Positions 1 to 9,514 are shown, counted from the stretch's first letter. The stretch: DNA of 20,000 nt from an uncultured virus (IMG/VR IMGVR_UViG_3300031416_000004) (IMGVR_UViG_3300031416_000004), one strand, 5' to 3'. Made by a program: numbers and translations. The notes: generated by a model not told the origin, from the letters alone.

Positions 1-302
1 GCCACCGTACCTTGCTCGTGGACCGTCGTGCCGGCTGTATTCAGAATGCGAAAATATCCGGCATCGCCAGCGGCAACCCCTGCCCCACTCCAAGTGCCGG
101 CTTTCGCGATGATGCCGTTCGATGCAGTTGCCATCCAGTCAGACGGCAGAGCCATTTCGACCAACAGAGTTCCTGTCGCTGCGTCTGTTATGTTCGTCGG
201 CGGTGCCCCGGTGTAGATACGCAACTTGGCAGCAGTGCCGATCGTGGCCTCGTATGCGTTCATCATCGCGTTGCGAACCGCAGCCGACATCCTTATAACC
301 AT
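1..302 (-). CDS. Tail-associated virion protein, partial (MVIRMSAAVRNAMMNAYEATIGTAAKLRIYTGAPP...LPSDWM...GTW...GYFRI...); absent from the ORF track
   Basis: Manual translation from ATG 302, with GAGG upstream; open to the window edge; Ala/Gly/Thr-rich; follows the tape measure gene. Confidence 0.8.
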   Translation of the reverse strand, partial: MVIRMSAAVRNAMMNAYEATIGTAAKLRIYTGAPPTNITDAATGTLLVEMALPSDWMATASNGIIAKAGTWSGAGVAAGDAGYFRILNTAGTTVHEQGTV

Positions 303-367
303 TTCCGTCCACCTCACTAAAAGGTTGAGTTTAAGTTGCCAGTCGGCCTCTCAACAGGGATTACCCA

Positions 368-412
368 TCCGTATAATCCACCTTTTGTTGATTTGCAATC
401 AAACAGTTGATT
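368..412 (-). promoter_or_regulatory. Putative sigma70-type promoter (TTGCAA-17-TATACG) with two operator-like boxes (376-392, 395-411)
   Basis: -35 at 393-398 and -10 at 370-375; 39/45 identical to 14916-14960. Confidence 0.6.
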
Positions 413-3400
413 ATGAGCCGAGCAAACTGCGAAGCTTCCCTTTGTTGCGACCGAGCACGCCCATAATAACTTTCTCGCCGGAAGAACTATCCATCCAGTT
501 CGACGCACTCGCTTCATCGAGCACAACGATGTTTCGGATCGCGGTCGGGCCGCCATTGGACGAACCACGTTCTGCCGCGGCCATCCGCTCTGTCAGGGCG
601 CTTTCCTGTGCTTCCGTCCGGATCGTCTCACCACGTTCGAGAATGGTCGGCACCTCGTTGGACTTCAGGCCCGCAACACCGCCGCTGTGATAATAGGATG
701 CGACACTGAAGACGCCGGGGTCAACCTTGCGAGATCGAGTGGTTGAACCGATCGTGCCACCGCCATGGGCAACGGCTCCACCGAGTGCCGACGCAGCCTT
801 GCCGATCGGACCGCCAAATCCGGCGAGGGCGTTCAGGATGGTCTGCTTGAGAATCATCATTGCGATTTCGCGCAGGAAGTTCGCCGCGAACTGCAAGAAG
901 GCTGTCCCGAGCGCTTTGAATGCGTTCTCACCGTTGGCAACCGCCTGAGCAAAGGAGTCGAACACTCCGAGAAGCCCATCCGCAAAGGAACCAACGAGTT
1001 GCTGTGTCTGCTGTGATGTCAAGCCAAGGGTATTCACGGCGCGACCGACGTTCGCGATCGTGCCGGCTGCGGTTTGTGTTTTCGTGATAAGGGCATCGAT
1101 CACAGGCAACTTTGCAGCCGCTTCCGGACCACCAATAGCTTCCCACATGGAACGAGCATTTTCAGCGGCGGATACAATCTGTGTGTTGAGATCGAGGATC
1201 TGCTGCGACAACGACTCTGCTGTCCCAACATCACCTGTCTGCATGGCCTGTTTGTATTGCTGCATGAGGGCATTGCGCTGCTGCTCAAGTGCCTGAGCCT
1301 GTTGAAGAGCGGTGTTCGCCTCCTGAATGGAAGTCTTCTGGTCGCGCTTTTCCTGGCTGATCTTGTATTCTTCAGTAGCAAGCTGCCGTATTTTGGCAAT
1401 CTGCTCATCGGTGAGCGTGACACCGGCTTCCTTCGCCTTCTTCTGTTCCTCGGAAAGCTTCTTTTGAACGAACGCTTCCTGGGTCAGGCGACCGGCATTA
1501 CCGTTCTCTGCTTCCTGAAGAGCAATCCGCTCATTGAGGCCGACGTTATACTCTTTCTGTGTCGCAAGGCGCTTCCGTTCGACCTCGAACTGCTTTTCGG
1601 TGAAGTCTCCCCCGCCTTCAAAAAGAGTGGCTTCCTGATTGCGTCGATTGGTGTTGATGCCACCGTTGTGACTGGCAAGGGAGCGGATGGCTTCGGCGAT
1701 CTGGTCAACCGTTCCTTGCTGGATTGTATCCAGGATACCAGTGCTTTTCAGATCGCCATAATTGTAAGCGATCGATGTCAGGACACCTTGCTGCTGCGGA
1801 GAGAATGCATCGAACCTATTGCCGCCCACCTGATCGCGAGCAATCTTTCCGAACTCATCCACGCGCCGAGTCAGATCGCGCACGGCGTCCGACATCGGCA
1901 CTGTCATGCCCTGAGTGATCTTCTGGATCGATCCGTCTGCGAGGGTCACCGTGTCTGAACCAAAGCCAGCGCGGTAAGCATTCACATCGTAGTATGGTTT
2001 TTCGCTGTAGCCTTCAAACTTCTTGATGATGTTGAATGCGGCAGAACCGCCATCCGAACCAAGATTGCCGAAGTTCACGGCAGTCATTCCAGCCTGATAA
2101 CGCTTTTGGGCTTCCACCAACTGGTCGAACGAACCGGCAAACTTGATCGCCTGATTGTACTGTTCTTCCAAGCCTTTGATGGTCTCAAGCTTTTTCAGTT
2201 CTTCGGCCACGGATGGAATGAGCTTGCCCATTTCCCCCATGGCTTCGTTAAACTTTTTCGCCTTTTCCTCTGCCAGTTTAGTCGAGTCGGCATAACTGTC
2301 GGTCGCTGCCTTCGTCCCGATCAGCGCCTTGTCGGCCTCGGTGGCAGTTCCGTTGAAAGCCTTCACTACGGCATCGGCCTGCTGCATGGCATCGTAAAGT
2401 TCAAGCAGGCTCTTGGTCGTACCGTCGCCACTGTTGACGAGATTAAGCAGTTCGAGGGCAATGTCCTTGAACATCTGCTCGGATGGATTGAGTGCTATGT
2501 CATTCAGCACCTTCTCAAAATCGCGCAGTGTTTTGGTGCCGTCTCGAACCCCGTTGATCGCTTCCTCGATCTGACGGAACTGCTTAATCTGCGGCGAGTT
2601 AGAGGCGAGGTCGGCCGAGCCGGCATAGAGGACGCGAGACAGGCTTTGAGCGTCCTTCAGGCTCGCCTGAAAGGTACTCCGCAGTTTCTCAGCACTGGCA
2701 AGCGCCTGTGCGAGCGTCGCGCCTTTGATATTGTCGGCAACCTTCTTGGTTGTCCCTTCGATGGAATCGTATGCCGTCTGAACGGCCTGCAGAATTCTCT
2801 CGTGCTCGCTGACAGCAGTAACGGTCTTGTCGACTTCCGTTGCCCACGAGCTAACAGCGAGCGTTACACCTGTCAGGATGATGCCTGGAAGGCCGCCGAC
2901 CGCCGACCAAAGCAGCCGGAAGGCGCCGGCCGCAACACCTGCGAGGCGGGTAAGCCCACCAACAGCCACCTGCAGCGCCAGAAAGCGTGAACCGGCTGTG
3001 CCGCCAACGACGGTTGCCACCCGCAACTGTGCGTTCATCGCAGCAATGATACCGGTGCCACGGGTCAGCGATCCGGCTAGTGCATTCCATTTGGCTTGCG
3101 TGGCGGTGACCGTACCAGCCCACGTGAACATCTCCCGGTTCAGCGTTCCGGTGGCAACCGCGTTGGCCTTGATAGCGGAAAACCAGTTGCCGAGACTGCC
3201 TGCAACCTTCAGCGCGACCAGCACGCCGGCAATGCGGGCGAAGTCGTCCATGTATGGCAACAGCGCGACCAGCCCTCTGGTCACATTACCGAGAGCCGCG
3301 CCGAGCGACAGGAAGAACTCACGGCCTTCGGTGCTTTGGAAGTAGGTGTTGAGCGTCCGCAGCCCATCGGTGAAGGCGTCAATGAAGCCACCCTCGCCGA

Positions 3401-5444
3401 TCCGCAATTGCGCCTGGAAAATGTTGTTCTGGAAACGTCCGAGTTCGGCAGTCGTCGAAGCGAGCGCGGCACCAAGCTGCGGGCCAAAACGGCGCTTCAA
3501 CTCTTCTGCGAATTTCAGAAGCGTGGTCTGGTCAGCCAGAACCTCACCCTTCTTCATCATCTCGTCGAGCTCGGACGCACTGACGCCGATCGCCTCTGCG
3601 AAGATATTGAAGGCACCGGCCAGACGGTCGCCCAACTGCCGGCGAAGTTCTTCCGACGATACCTTGCCCTTCGAGATCATCTGTTCGAGAGCGAGGAAGA
3701 CACCGTTCAACTGGTCGATCGACAGCTTGTTGACACGGCCGGCCTCGGCAACCGACAGGAAGATGTCTCGGGTGGCACCGGCAGAAAAGTTAGCGGCATT
3801 GGCTGCCACGGCGAATTTCGAATATTGGTCAGCCAGAACGCCGAATTCGATACCAAGTCGAGCAGCATTACGTTCGAGGAAATCGAGTTCCTTGCTGACC
3901 TTTCCGGTATCCTGATTGAAGACCACGCCAAGTCGGCTTTGCGCCGCTTCAAGCGTCTGATAAGCCTTCAGCACACCACCGATCTGCCCGATCGCGGCAT
4001 TCAGTCCGATGTAGCTGGCGGTGAGCGAAAGGATCTCGCCACGGATGCGCTGAAAGAGTGAGAGCGCGTCACGGCCGCCGCGAGTGCTGCTGCGCAGTGC
4101 GCTGTCCAGGTTCTTCGCACCAGAGGCACCAGATTCCATGGCAGAACCGGCTGCCTGTGCGCCCTGCCCCATTGCGCGGATCGGTGGAAGCGCGGCATTG
4201 GCGCTGTTCCCAAGCTGCCGGTTTGCCGCCGCACTGGAAGTCGCGGCCTGTGCAACGCGAGCAAGTCCGGAAACTGGAAGACCGGCCGCGGCACGGAGCT
4301 TGTCCAGCGCATCAACCTGGGAGAAGTATTCCGTTTTGGCCTTGCGTGCCGCATCCGTGACGCGCTTGAACGCATCGACCTGTTGCGTTGCATTGCCACT
4401 GACCGTTTGCAGGCCGGTGGCAAGCCGTTTGGCTTCCCCTTCGAGTGCTTTCCAGTCGTCGCGCAATTCATTGATCGCAGCAATCTGCTTTTGGAGTGCA
4501 GCAGCCTGTTTAGGATCTACGACCTCCGCGCCGCCGCTGCTGAACTTGTTGAGGGCTTCGATAGCACGACGCGTCCGGTCGATTTCAGCAGCATTCTTCG
4601 CAGCCGCCGCAGCAACCTCATTTTGACGAAGTGCGAGCCCGCCCATGGCAGTGCTGGCCTGATCAGCAACGGACTTTATTTTTGATTGCTCGGCGGTAAC
4701 CGCGGAAAGCGCAGTCTCATTGCGCTTCATCTCGGCAGTTGCCTTTGCCGTTTCGCGACCAAGCTCTCTTTCGTACTTCGCAGCAGCATCGAGTTTGGGG
4801 TTTAGACGTGCCAGTTCTGCTTCCGTCGCAGCGATCGTACGGCTCTGGTCAGTAAGCTGTTGCTGAATCTGCGCCTGAAGACCACGGGCAGACTGTGCGT
4901 CACGGAAAACGGAAGTGTCGCCAGTTGGCGCCACCGGTCCCGGCGCTTGACGTGGTGTGCGGGCAAGTTCCTTGTTGTAGCGGTTCTGCGCTCGCTCTGT
5001 CTCTTTGACGAGCTTGTTAACTTCGGCGAGATCCTTCTTATAGGCGTCTCGCGTAGCCTTGGCGCGGTTCAGGACAGATGTCTGCTGCTCGACTTCATCC
5101 CGAAATTTCTTGGCGTTTGCAGCGGCTTCGGCTTGAAGCGCTGACCATTCTTTGGTTTCCTGAGAACTCTTGTTCAGGGCGCTGGCGGCCTCACCGGCTG
5201 CCTTGTCAACGCGATCAAGGTTATCTGCTATCGCACCGAGCGCGGAAAGACCCTTGGCTTGCTGCATGAGCGAACCAAGGGCATTACCGAGTTGTCCGAG
5301 TGAGTTGTTTGCCTTGCCGGCTTCGGTGCTGCCGGTCTTGACCGCAGTTTGAAACTCTTTCCAGGATTCGGTGATGACATCGAGGTTCTTGGACGCTTCG
5401 TTTCTGGCCTTGATCACCAGGTCGACGACGTTCTTATCAGCCAT
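411..5444 (-). CDS. Tape measure protein (1677 aa) with an embedded GH24-like lysozyme domain
   Basis: Long Ala-rich helical ORF after the tail chaperone; tape-measure motif ALEQMISKGKVSSEELRRQLGDRL; C-terminal AHGGG/YHSGG...EVPTILERGE motifs; FEGY...YYD...GFG...YNYG...RRNQEA at about 1620-2045. Confidence 0.95.
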   Translation of the reverse strand: MADKNVVDLVIKARNEASKNLDVITESWKEFQTAVKTGSTEAGKANNSLGQLGNALGSLMQQAKGLSALGAIADNLDRVDKAAGEAASALNKSSQETKEWSALQAEAAANAKKFRDEVEQQTSVLNRAKATRDAYKKDLAEVNKLVKETERAQNRYNKELARTPRQAPGPVAPTGDTSVFRDAQSARGLQAQIQQQLTDQSRTIAATEAELARLNPKLDAAAKYERELGRETAKATAEMKRNETALSAVTAEQSKIKSVADQASTAMGGLALRQNEVAAAAAKNAAEIDRTRRAIEALNKFSSGGAEVVDPKQAAALQKQIAAINELRDDWKALEGEAKRLATGLQTVSGNATQQVDAFKRVTDAARKAKTEYFSQVDALDKLRAAAGLPVSGLARVAQAATSSAAANRQLGNSANAALPPIRAMGQGAQAAGSAMESGASGAKNLDSALRSSTRGGRDALSLFQRIRGEILSLTASYIGLNAAIGQIGGVLKAYQTLEAAQSRLGVVFNQDTGKVSKELDFLERNAARLGIEFGVLADQYSKFAVAANAANFSAGATRDIFLSVAEAGRVNKLSIDQLNGVFLALEQMISKGKVSSEELRRQLGDRLAGAFNIFAEAIGVSASELDEMMKKGEVLADQTTLLKFAEELKRRFGPQLGAALASTTAELGRFQNNIFQAQLRIGEGGFIDAFTDGLRTLNTYFQSTEGREFFLSLGAALGNVTRGLVALLPYMDDFARIAGVLVALKVAGSLGNWFSAIKANAVATGTLNREMFTWAGTVTATQAKWNALAGSLTRGTGIIAAMNAQLRVATVVGGTAGSRFLALQVAVGGLTRLAGVAAGAFRLLWSAVGGLPGIILTGVTLAVSSWATEVDKTVTAVSEHERILQAVQTAYDSIEGTTKKVADNIKGATLAQALASAEKLRSTFQASLKDAQSLSRVLYAGSADLASNSPQIKQFRQIEEAINGVRDGTKTLRDFEKVLNDIALNPSEQMFKDIALELLNLVNSGDGTTKSLLELYDAMQQADAVVKAFNGTATEADKALIGTKAATDSYADSTKLAEEKAKKFNEAMGEMGKLIPSVAEELKKLETIKGLEEQYNQAIKFAGSFDQLVEAQKRYQAGMTAVNFGNLGSDGGSAAFNIIKKFEGYSEKPYYDVNAYRAGFGSDTVTLADGSIQKITQGMTVPMSDAVRDLTRRVDEFGKIARDQVGGNRFDAFSPQQQGVLTSIAYNYGDLKSTGILDTIQQGTVDQIAEAIRSLASHNGGINTNRRNQEATLFEGGGDFTEKQFEVERKRLATQKEYNVGLNERIALQEAENGNAGRLTQEAFVQKKLSEEQKKAKEAGVTLTDEQIAKIRQLATEEYKISQEKRDQKTSIQEANTALQQAQALEQQRNALMQQYKQAMQTGDVGTAESLSQQILDLNTQIVSAAENARSMWEAIGGPEAAAKLPVIDALITKTQTAAGTIANVGRAVNTLGLTSQQTQQLVGSFADGLLGVFDSFAQAVANGENAFKALGTAFLQFAANFLREIAMMILKQTILNALAGFGGPIGKAASALGGAVAHGGGTIGSTTRSRKVDPGVFSVASYYHSGGVAGLKSNEVPTILERGETIRTEAQESALTERMAAAERGSSNGGPTAIRNIVVLDEASASNWMDSSSGEKVIMGVLGRNKGKLRSLLGS

Positions 5445-5854
5445 CAGCCGTTCCTTTTCAGCAGTTCGCTTATGTCCTTGGTTCGCGTTGGAGCCTGCTC
5501 GTCATCTTCACGGAGATTCCCGTTCAGGTTTTCAACCAGTTCCGTCAGGGCTTTTCCGGCTTTTCTCGCGTCTTCCTTCTTGCCGAACGCAGCTACTGCC
5601 GATGTCATGACTGCGCTCAGGATCGTCGCTGTGGTTGCGTGATGACGGTTGATCCTCTCCACAACCAGTTGATTTTCTTCCCAAACCCTTCCAACGTAAT
5701 AGCGCTCGGCGTCCTTGTGGCCTTCAGCCAATAGTTGGCTGACCTGTCCTCGCAGACCCCAAACCCACTCATCTAGGCTTGGGGTTTTTTGAGTTCCTTG
5801 CTGAGACCGCTCGCGCTCGCCGTGATTCGCACGACGGTCTCTACGAAGTTTTTT
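5444..5854 (-). CDS. Tail assembly chaperone frameshift extension (gpT-like part of a gpGT fusion)
   Basis: The -1 frame is open from the A AAA AAC slippery site (5854-5848) to TGA at 5444; its stop overlaps the tape measure ATG (TGATG). Confidence 0.8.
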   Translation of the reverse strand, partial: KKLRRDRRANHGERERSQQGTQKTPSLDEWVWGLRGQVSQLLAEGHKDAERYYVGRVWEENQLVVERINRHHATTATILSAVMTSAVAAFGKKEDARKAGKALTELVENLNGNLREDDEQAPTRTKDISELLKRNG

Positions 5855-6210
5855 AGGCCACCCTGCATAGCGAAAGTGAGGGTCGCTATCTTTTCGAGTG
5901 CTGCAGCCTGAACGTCCACGGGCAAGGTTGCGTAAACCTCGATAAGAGCTTCGGGTTCACGTTCGGCGTCACAGAGGTACAGAAGGTGTGCGATCGCAGC
6001 AGGGAACTTTCCAAGCAGTTCGAGCGCGACAGACTCCACCGTCTGTTCACTCAACGCTGCGGCATCCTTGCCGCTGAATTTTTCGTAGATTGCTGTCGCG
6101 CTTTCCTGATGGACCTGCACGATTTGCGTGATGTCCGGAACGGTGAGACCGCGAACTACGATCTCACCGCCATCGAAAGTAACCGGTTCAGTTTTCAGGG
6201 TGTACTTCAA
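5773..6210 (-). CDS. Tail assembly chaperone (gpG-like)
   Basis: Lies between tail tube and tape measure genes; TTG start with GGAG SD; contains the slippery heptamer. Confidence 0.85.
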   Translation of the reverse strand: MKYTLKTEPVTFDGGEIVVRGLTVPDITQIVQVHQESATAIYEKFSGKDAAALSEQTVESVALELLGKFPAAIAHLLYLCDAEREPEALIEVYATLPVDVQAAALEKIATLTFAMQGGLKNFVETVVRITASASGLSKELKKPQA

Positions 6211-6225
6211 AACGGGGACTCCGTG

Positions 6226-7008
6226 TTATGCCGTCTTCGGCAGGCCGGCGATGTAGATGGCTTCAAGCGCGCCCTTCCGGAGCACTTCCACCGTGAACGG
6301 GATCTGCTGCCAGTCATCACCCTTGAGGTTGTAGTCGCCGTTCGGAGCGAGCGTGACATACGGCATGTTGATCACGCGGTCGGGGCCGGTGGCGTTGCGC
6401 GTGATGTATTTCAGCGAACCTTCCACCTTCTCGGAACCGGAAATCACGCGGTCGTACGTGGATGCCAGAGTGGTGTAGTCAACGGTAATATCGTCACCCG
6501 CAACGATGGCACCGCCGACAACGATGGTGATGATGCCGCGTTCATAATCGATGAGGTAATCATCGAGAATGTCGTACGTGGTGGCGCCCTTCTTGACGCT
6601 GAGACCAGTGGTGCTGATCTTCACATCGCCGATCGCATCAGATGCTGTTTCACCAAGCTGGTAGGAACGGCCGGGAATAACATCAGCGATTGCGAAACCG
6701 GTGACAGCACCGCCCGCTTCCGTGACGGTCTCCTTGCCGGCAGCCGAGAAGAAGTAATAGGCAAGGTTATCTTCATCGATTTCATCGAGAACGATATTGC
6801 CGGAGCGCGACACTTCGAGCGTGATCGACTTGTCCTTTTCGCGGATACCGCGGTCACTGTTGAAGTGATCAAGGGTTTCCGTTTCCAGTGTCAGTGCGAA
6901 TTCCGGCGAGTTGCCGAGATAGCGATAGCCTTCGCCGATCTGTGTACCAGGCTTGAACCGCGAGAAGTGAAGTTCTCCGCGACCAAGTGTGTAGTTTTCA
7001 CTTCCCAT
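6226..7008 (-). CDS. Major tail tube protein
   Basis: N-terminus NYTLGRGELHF...YLGNSPEF...ETLDHFNSD resembles Chi/YuA-like tail tubes; AAGGAG SD; synteny. Confidence 0.88.
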   Translation of the reverse strand: MGSENYTLGRGELHFSRFKPGTQIGEGYRYLGNSPEFALTLETETLDHFNSDRGIREKDKSITLEVSRSGNIVLDEIDEDNLAYYFFSAAGKETVTEAGGAVTGFAIADVIPGRSYQLGETASDAIGDVKISTTGLSVKKGATTYDILDDYLIDYERGIITIVVGGAIVAGDDITVDYTTLASTYDRVISGSEKVEGSLKYITRNATGPDRVINMPYVTLAPNGDYNLKGDDWQQIPFTVEVLRKGALEAIYIAGLPKTA

Positions 7009-7055
7009 TATAAGTCACTCCTTTGTTGCCAAATCGCCAAATGGTTGATTTTCTT

Positions 7056-7595
7056 TTAACCGAAAGGATCGTTGTTGTCCTCAACGATTTTCAGCCGCAA
7101 GGTGAGCCAGAAATACGCCTTCGTGGACACGGCTTCTTCCGGAGGGCGCACTACCCCGGCACCGATCTTGAACTGCTCGACGTTGTTCTTACGCAGGTTC
7201 CCCATGTCATCGAAATTGACACCGAAGGGGTCGGGCTGCCGCATGTTCGGACCGGTGCCCTTGCGTTTGATTTCCTGCGCCAACCGCTTCTTTACGTCGG
7301 CCATGGCGACGTGTGCTGGATCTGTGGGGTTCTCGCGATCATCAGGAACGAAGCCCTGCACGATGATATCCCACCAGCCGTCTTCCGCGGTCGAAGCCAG
7401 TGGCGACGGTCGCATCTCATTTGGTAACGGAGGCTCAATAATGCTGATCATGGGAATCGGATCGTTGACGCCGAAGACAAGCCGACCGCGGAACACGTTT
7501 CCTGTCAGGTTCACGTTATAACCACCGGCCTCGTTGATCTGAGAAAGTGCTGCCGCGATAGCTTTCTGAACTCGCAACCGGAAAGGATCGGTCAT
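7056..7595 (-). CDS. Tail terminator protein (gpU-like)
   Basis: Directly upstream of the tail tube gene; VFRGR...QGFV...DPAH...DVKKRL motifs. Confidence 0.75.
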   Translation of the reverse strand: MTDPFRLRVQKAIAAALSQINEAGGYNVNLTGNVFRGRLVFGVNDPIPMISIIEPPLPNEMRPSPLASTAEDGWWDIIVQGFVPDDRENPTDPAHVAMADVKKRLAQEIKRKGTGPNMRQPDPFGVNFDDMGNLRKNNVEQFKIGAGVVRPPEEAVSTKAYFWLTLRLKIVEDNNDPFG

Positions 7596-8221
7596 TTCAT
7601 CACCAATTGTTTGTTACGCCACAAATCAACTTCTTGTTTAGAATACTCTAAAGAGTTGAATTTGCATCCCTTCAAACGGTTTTCTTCCTTCGGCAGATAT
7701 TGAAGGTTGGATAGGATATGAAGGCCGCAGACATTCTTGCCGCGTAACGGTGCTACGTGATCAACTTCATACCCCTCAGGGCAATCTTCATAGAACCACT
7801 GGATGCCCTTGAGGTCTGCCCAGGGCGGGGTTCGCTGGATCTTCGCCGTTTGGCGTCTACGCACCTCAGCATTTTTTCGTTCCGGGTGACGTTGACGCTT
7901 CAACCTGCCGTGCTTGCGCTCAAGCGCACGAATGGGTTCCGGGTTTCTCAACCTGCGCTGTCGCTGCTGACGAGCACCTTTTTCAAGATAAGCTGCACGT
8001 TCTTCATCGGTCATCGCAGCACGCTTTTCCGCAATTTTTCTCCGACTATATTCCCGTAAGTAGGTGTCTCGCTGAACTTGACGGCACTCAATGCAACTGC
8101 AATCCGCTGTATTGCGTTCAGACATATGACCGTGCTTGCAAGGGCGACCTGTAAAATAGGTTTTTTCACCCCGTTTTTTAGCAATTTCGCGCTCAGGGTA
8201 CGCTTTCTGAATTGTTCTCAT
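7592..8221 (-). CDS. HNH endonuclease with an N-terminal Cys/His cluster
   Basis: VDHVAPLRGKNVCGLHILSNLQYLPKEENRLK HNH motif; N-terminal YFTGRPCKHGH...CIEC; visibly more AT-rich; ATGA overlaps at both ends. Confidence 0.9.
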   Translation of the reverse strand: MRTIQKAYPEREIAKKRGEKTYFTGRPCKHGHMSERNTADCSCIECRQVQRDTYLREYSRRKIAEKRAAMTDEERAAYLEKGARQQRQRRLRNPEPIRALERKHGRLKRQRHPERKNAEVRRRQTAKIQRTPPWADLKGIQWFYEDCPEGYEVDHVAPLRGKNVCGLHILSNLQYLPKEENRLKGCKFNSLEYSKQEVDLWRNKQLVMK

Positions 8222-8796
8222 TTTTGTGCCTCAAATAGTCGGTCGAATTTGTCGCGCAGCAATTGCTCCAATTCCGGCTTCAATTCTTCACGGGTTTCGT
8301 CAAACACCTGATCCACAGAGGGCGCGAACAAAAGCCAGAGCCCCTTCCCTATCTGCTTGGCACCACGGCTAGGCGCCTTACCGTTTTTTGTTCGGTAGGC
8401 GAGACCGATGTTGTTATTGCGCAGCTTGATGAGGAAGGCGCTCGGCATGGACTCGGACTTACCGGGATCAACCGTGACACTGACACCCTTTGTGCCGATT
8501 TTCGGGCTACCTTGAACGAACCGAGCCAACGATGTTGGGCGGTCCCTGCCACGGACAATGGCTGTCAGATCCCCTTTGGTCGCGTACTTCGCAATACCCA
8601 ATCGATTGGCTTGACCAGTCAGATATCCACGGGGGAAATTGACTTGCTTCTCCATCGAACGCGCAGCGCGCCGCCGACCTTCTTGCGTGGTTTCGTTGAC
8701 AGCCTGGCGCAGAATGTTCGCTATCTTCGGATCGAGAGTTTCGATCTCATCGAACGACGTGATGCCCTGAATAACGACGTCAACCGGATTGACCAT
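8218..8796 (-). CDS. Tail completion/neck protein (gpZ-like), 192 aa from MVNPVDVVIQG
   Basis: Basic protein in the gpZ position; ATG 8796 overlaps the upstream TGA; the longer ORF-track call overlaps another gene. Confidence 0.75.
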   Translation of the reverse strand: MVNPVDVVIQGITSFDEIETLDPKIANILRQAVNETTQEGRRRAARSMEKQVNFPRGYLTGQANRLGIAKYATKGDLTAIVRGRDRPTSLARFVQGSPKIGTKGVSVTVDPGKSESMPSAFLIKLRNNNIGLAYRTKNGKAPSRGAKQIGKGLWLLFAPSVDQVFDETREELKPELEQLLRDKFDRLFEAQK

Positions 8797-9113
8797 CAGG
8801 CACTCTCCCAATCGGGAAGATCGACCGTTTGGCCGGCAAGCGCGTGAGTGCAGTCGGATAGAAACTGGATCCGACCGTCCGTCACGAACGAATGGCAAAT
8901 TGCAGGCGGTGCACCATCCTTGCCGGCGTCGGGACCATTGTATGTGACCAGAACTGATGGCGTGAATGTCGGAGCATCCGGATTCCCGTTGTAACCCCAC
9001 CGCGGTCCAGAGCCTTCGCCGACACTGACCTGATGAGCCCCATCGCAACCGGGACACCAGAACATCAATCGACCGCCTTCGAGGCTGCGGAGTTTGGGAG
9101 AAATGAGCGCCAT
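8796..9113 (-). CDS. DUF6527-like Cys/His metal-binding protein (105 aa)
   Basis: WCPGCDGAH...WGYNGN...PTFTPSVL...CHSFVTDGRIQFLSDCTHALAGQTV; TGATG overlaps on both sides; family recognised from memory. Confidence 0.7.
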   Translation of the reverse strand: MALISPKLRSLEGGRLMFWCPGCDGAHQVSVGEGSGPRWGYNGNPDAPTFTPSVLVTYNGPDAGKDGAPPAICHSFVTDGRIQFLSDCTHALAGQTVDLPDWESA

Positions 9114-9514
9114 CACGGAATCTCCGGTGCAACATACGTTGCCGGCACCGGCAAAGTAGCCAGTATCGGATCATCGGCATCCAACTGCAGAACCATGGCG
9201 GTGATCGTCAGATCGTCAGGAGGCTGGATGTTGTCGAGATAGTAAGCTTCACCCGCTTCGACCGAGATGATCGCATTACGCATAGGCTGCGGGATTTCTT
9301 CGCGCCAGATGATAATGCGAGGGGTGATGTCTTCACGTTCTGCGTAATTGAAATTGGTGCCCTTCATATCTCCAAGGGCTTGGAACTTGGTGTGCACGCG
9401 CACAAAGCACTGCACTGGCACCGCGTCGATCGATGCAAGATATAATGCAGGGACGCGCAAATGGAGTTGCACGTCCCTGCGGGCTCTCCGCTTAATGTCG
9501 CGGAAAGATGCCAT
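9113..9514 (-). CDS. Head-tail joining/closure protein (gpFII-like)
   Basis: Position after the capsid genes; FRDIKRRARRDVQ...VRVHTKF motif resembles Chi-like phage proteins. Confidence 0.7.
   Translation of the reverse strand: MASFRDIKRRARRDVQLHLRVPALYLASIDAVPVQCFVRVHTKFQALGDMKGTNFNYAEREDITPRIIIWREEIPQPMRNAIISVEAGEAYYLDNIQPPDDLTITAMVLQLDADDPILATLPVPATYVAPEIP

Noticed and set aside
388..402. FNR/FixK-like box TTGAT...ATCAA
   Set aside because: The spacer is 5 bp rather than the required 4, and the sequence is explained by the tandem phage motif
8797..9180. N-terminal extension of the 320-aa ORF 8218-9180
   Set aside because: Overlaps the DUF6527-like gene in another frame; the coupled ATG at 8796 is a better start
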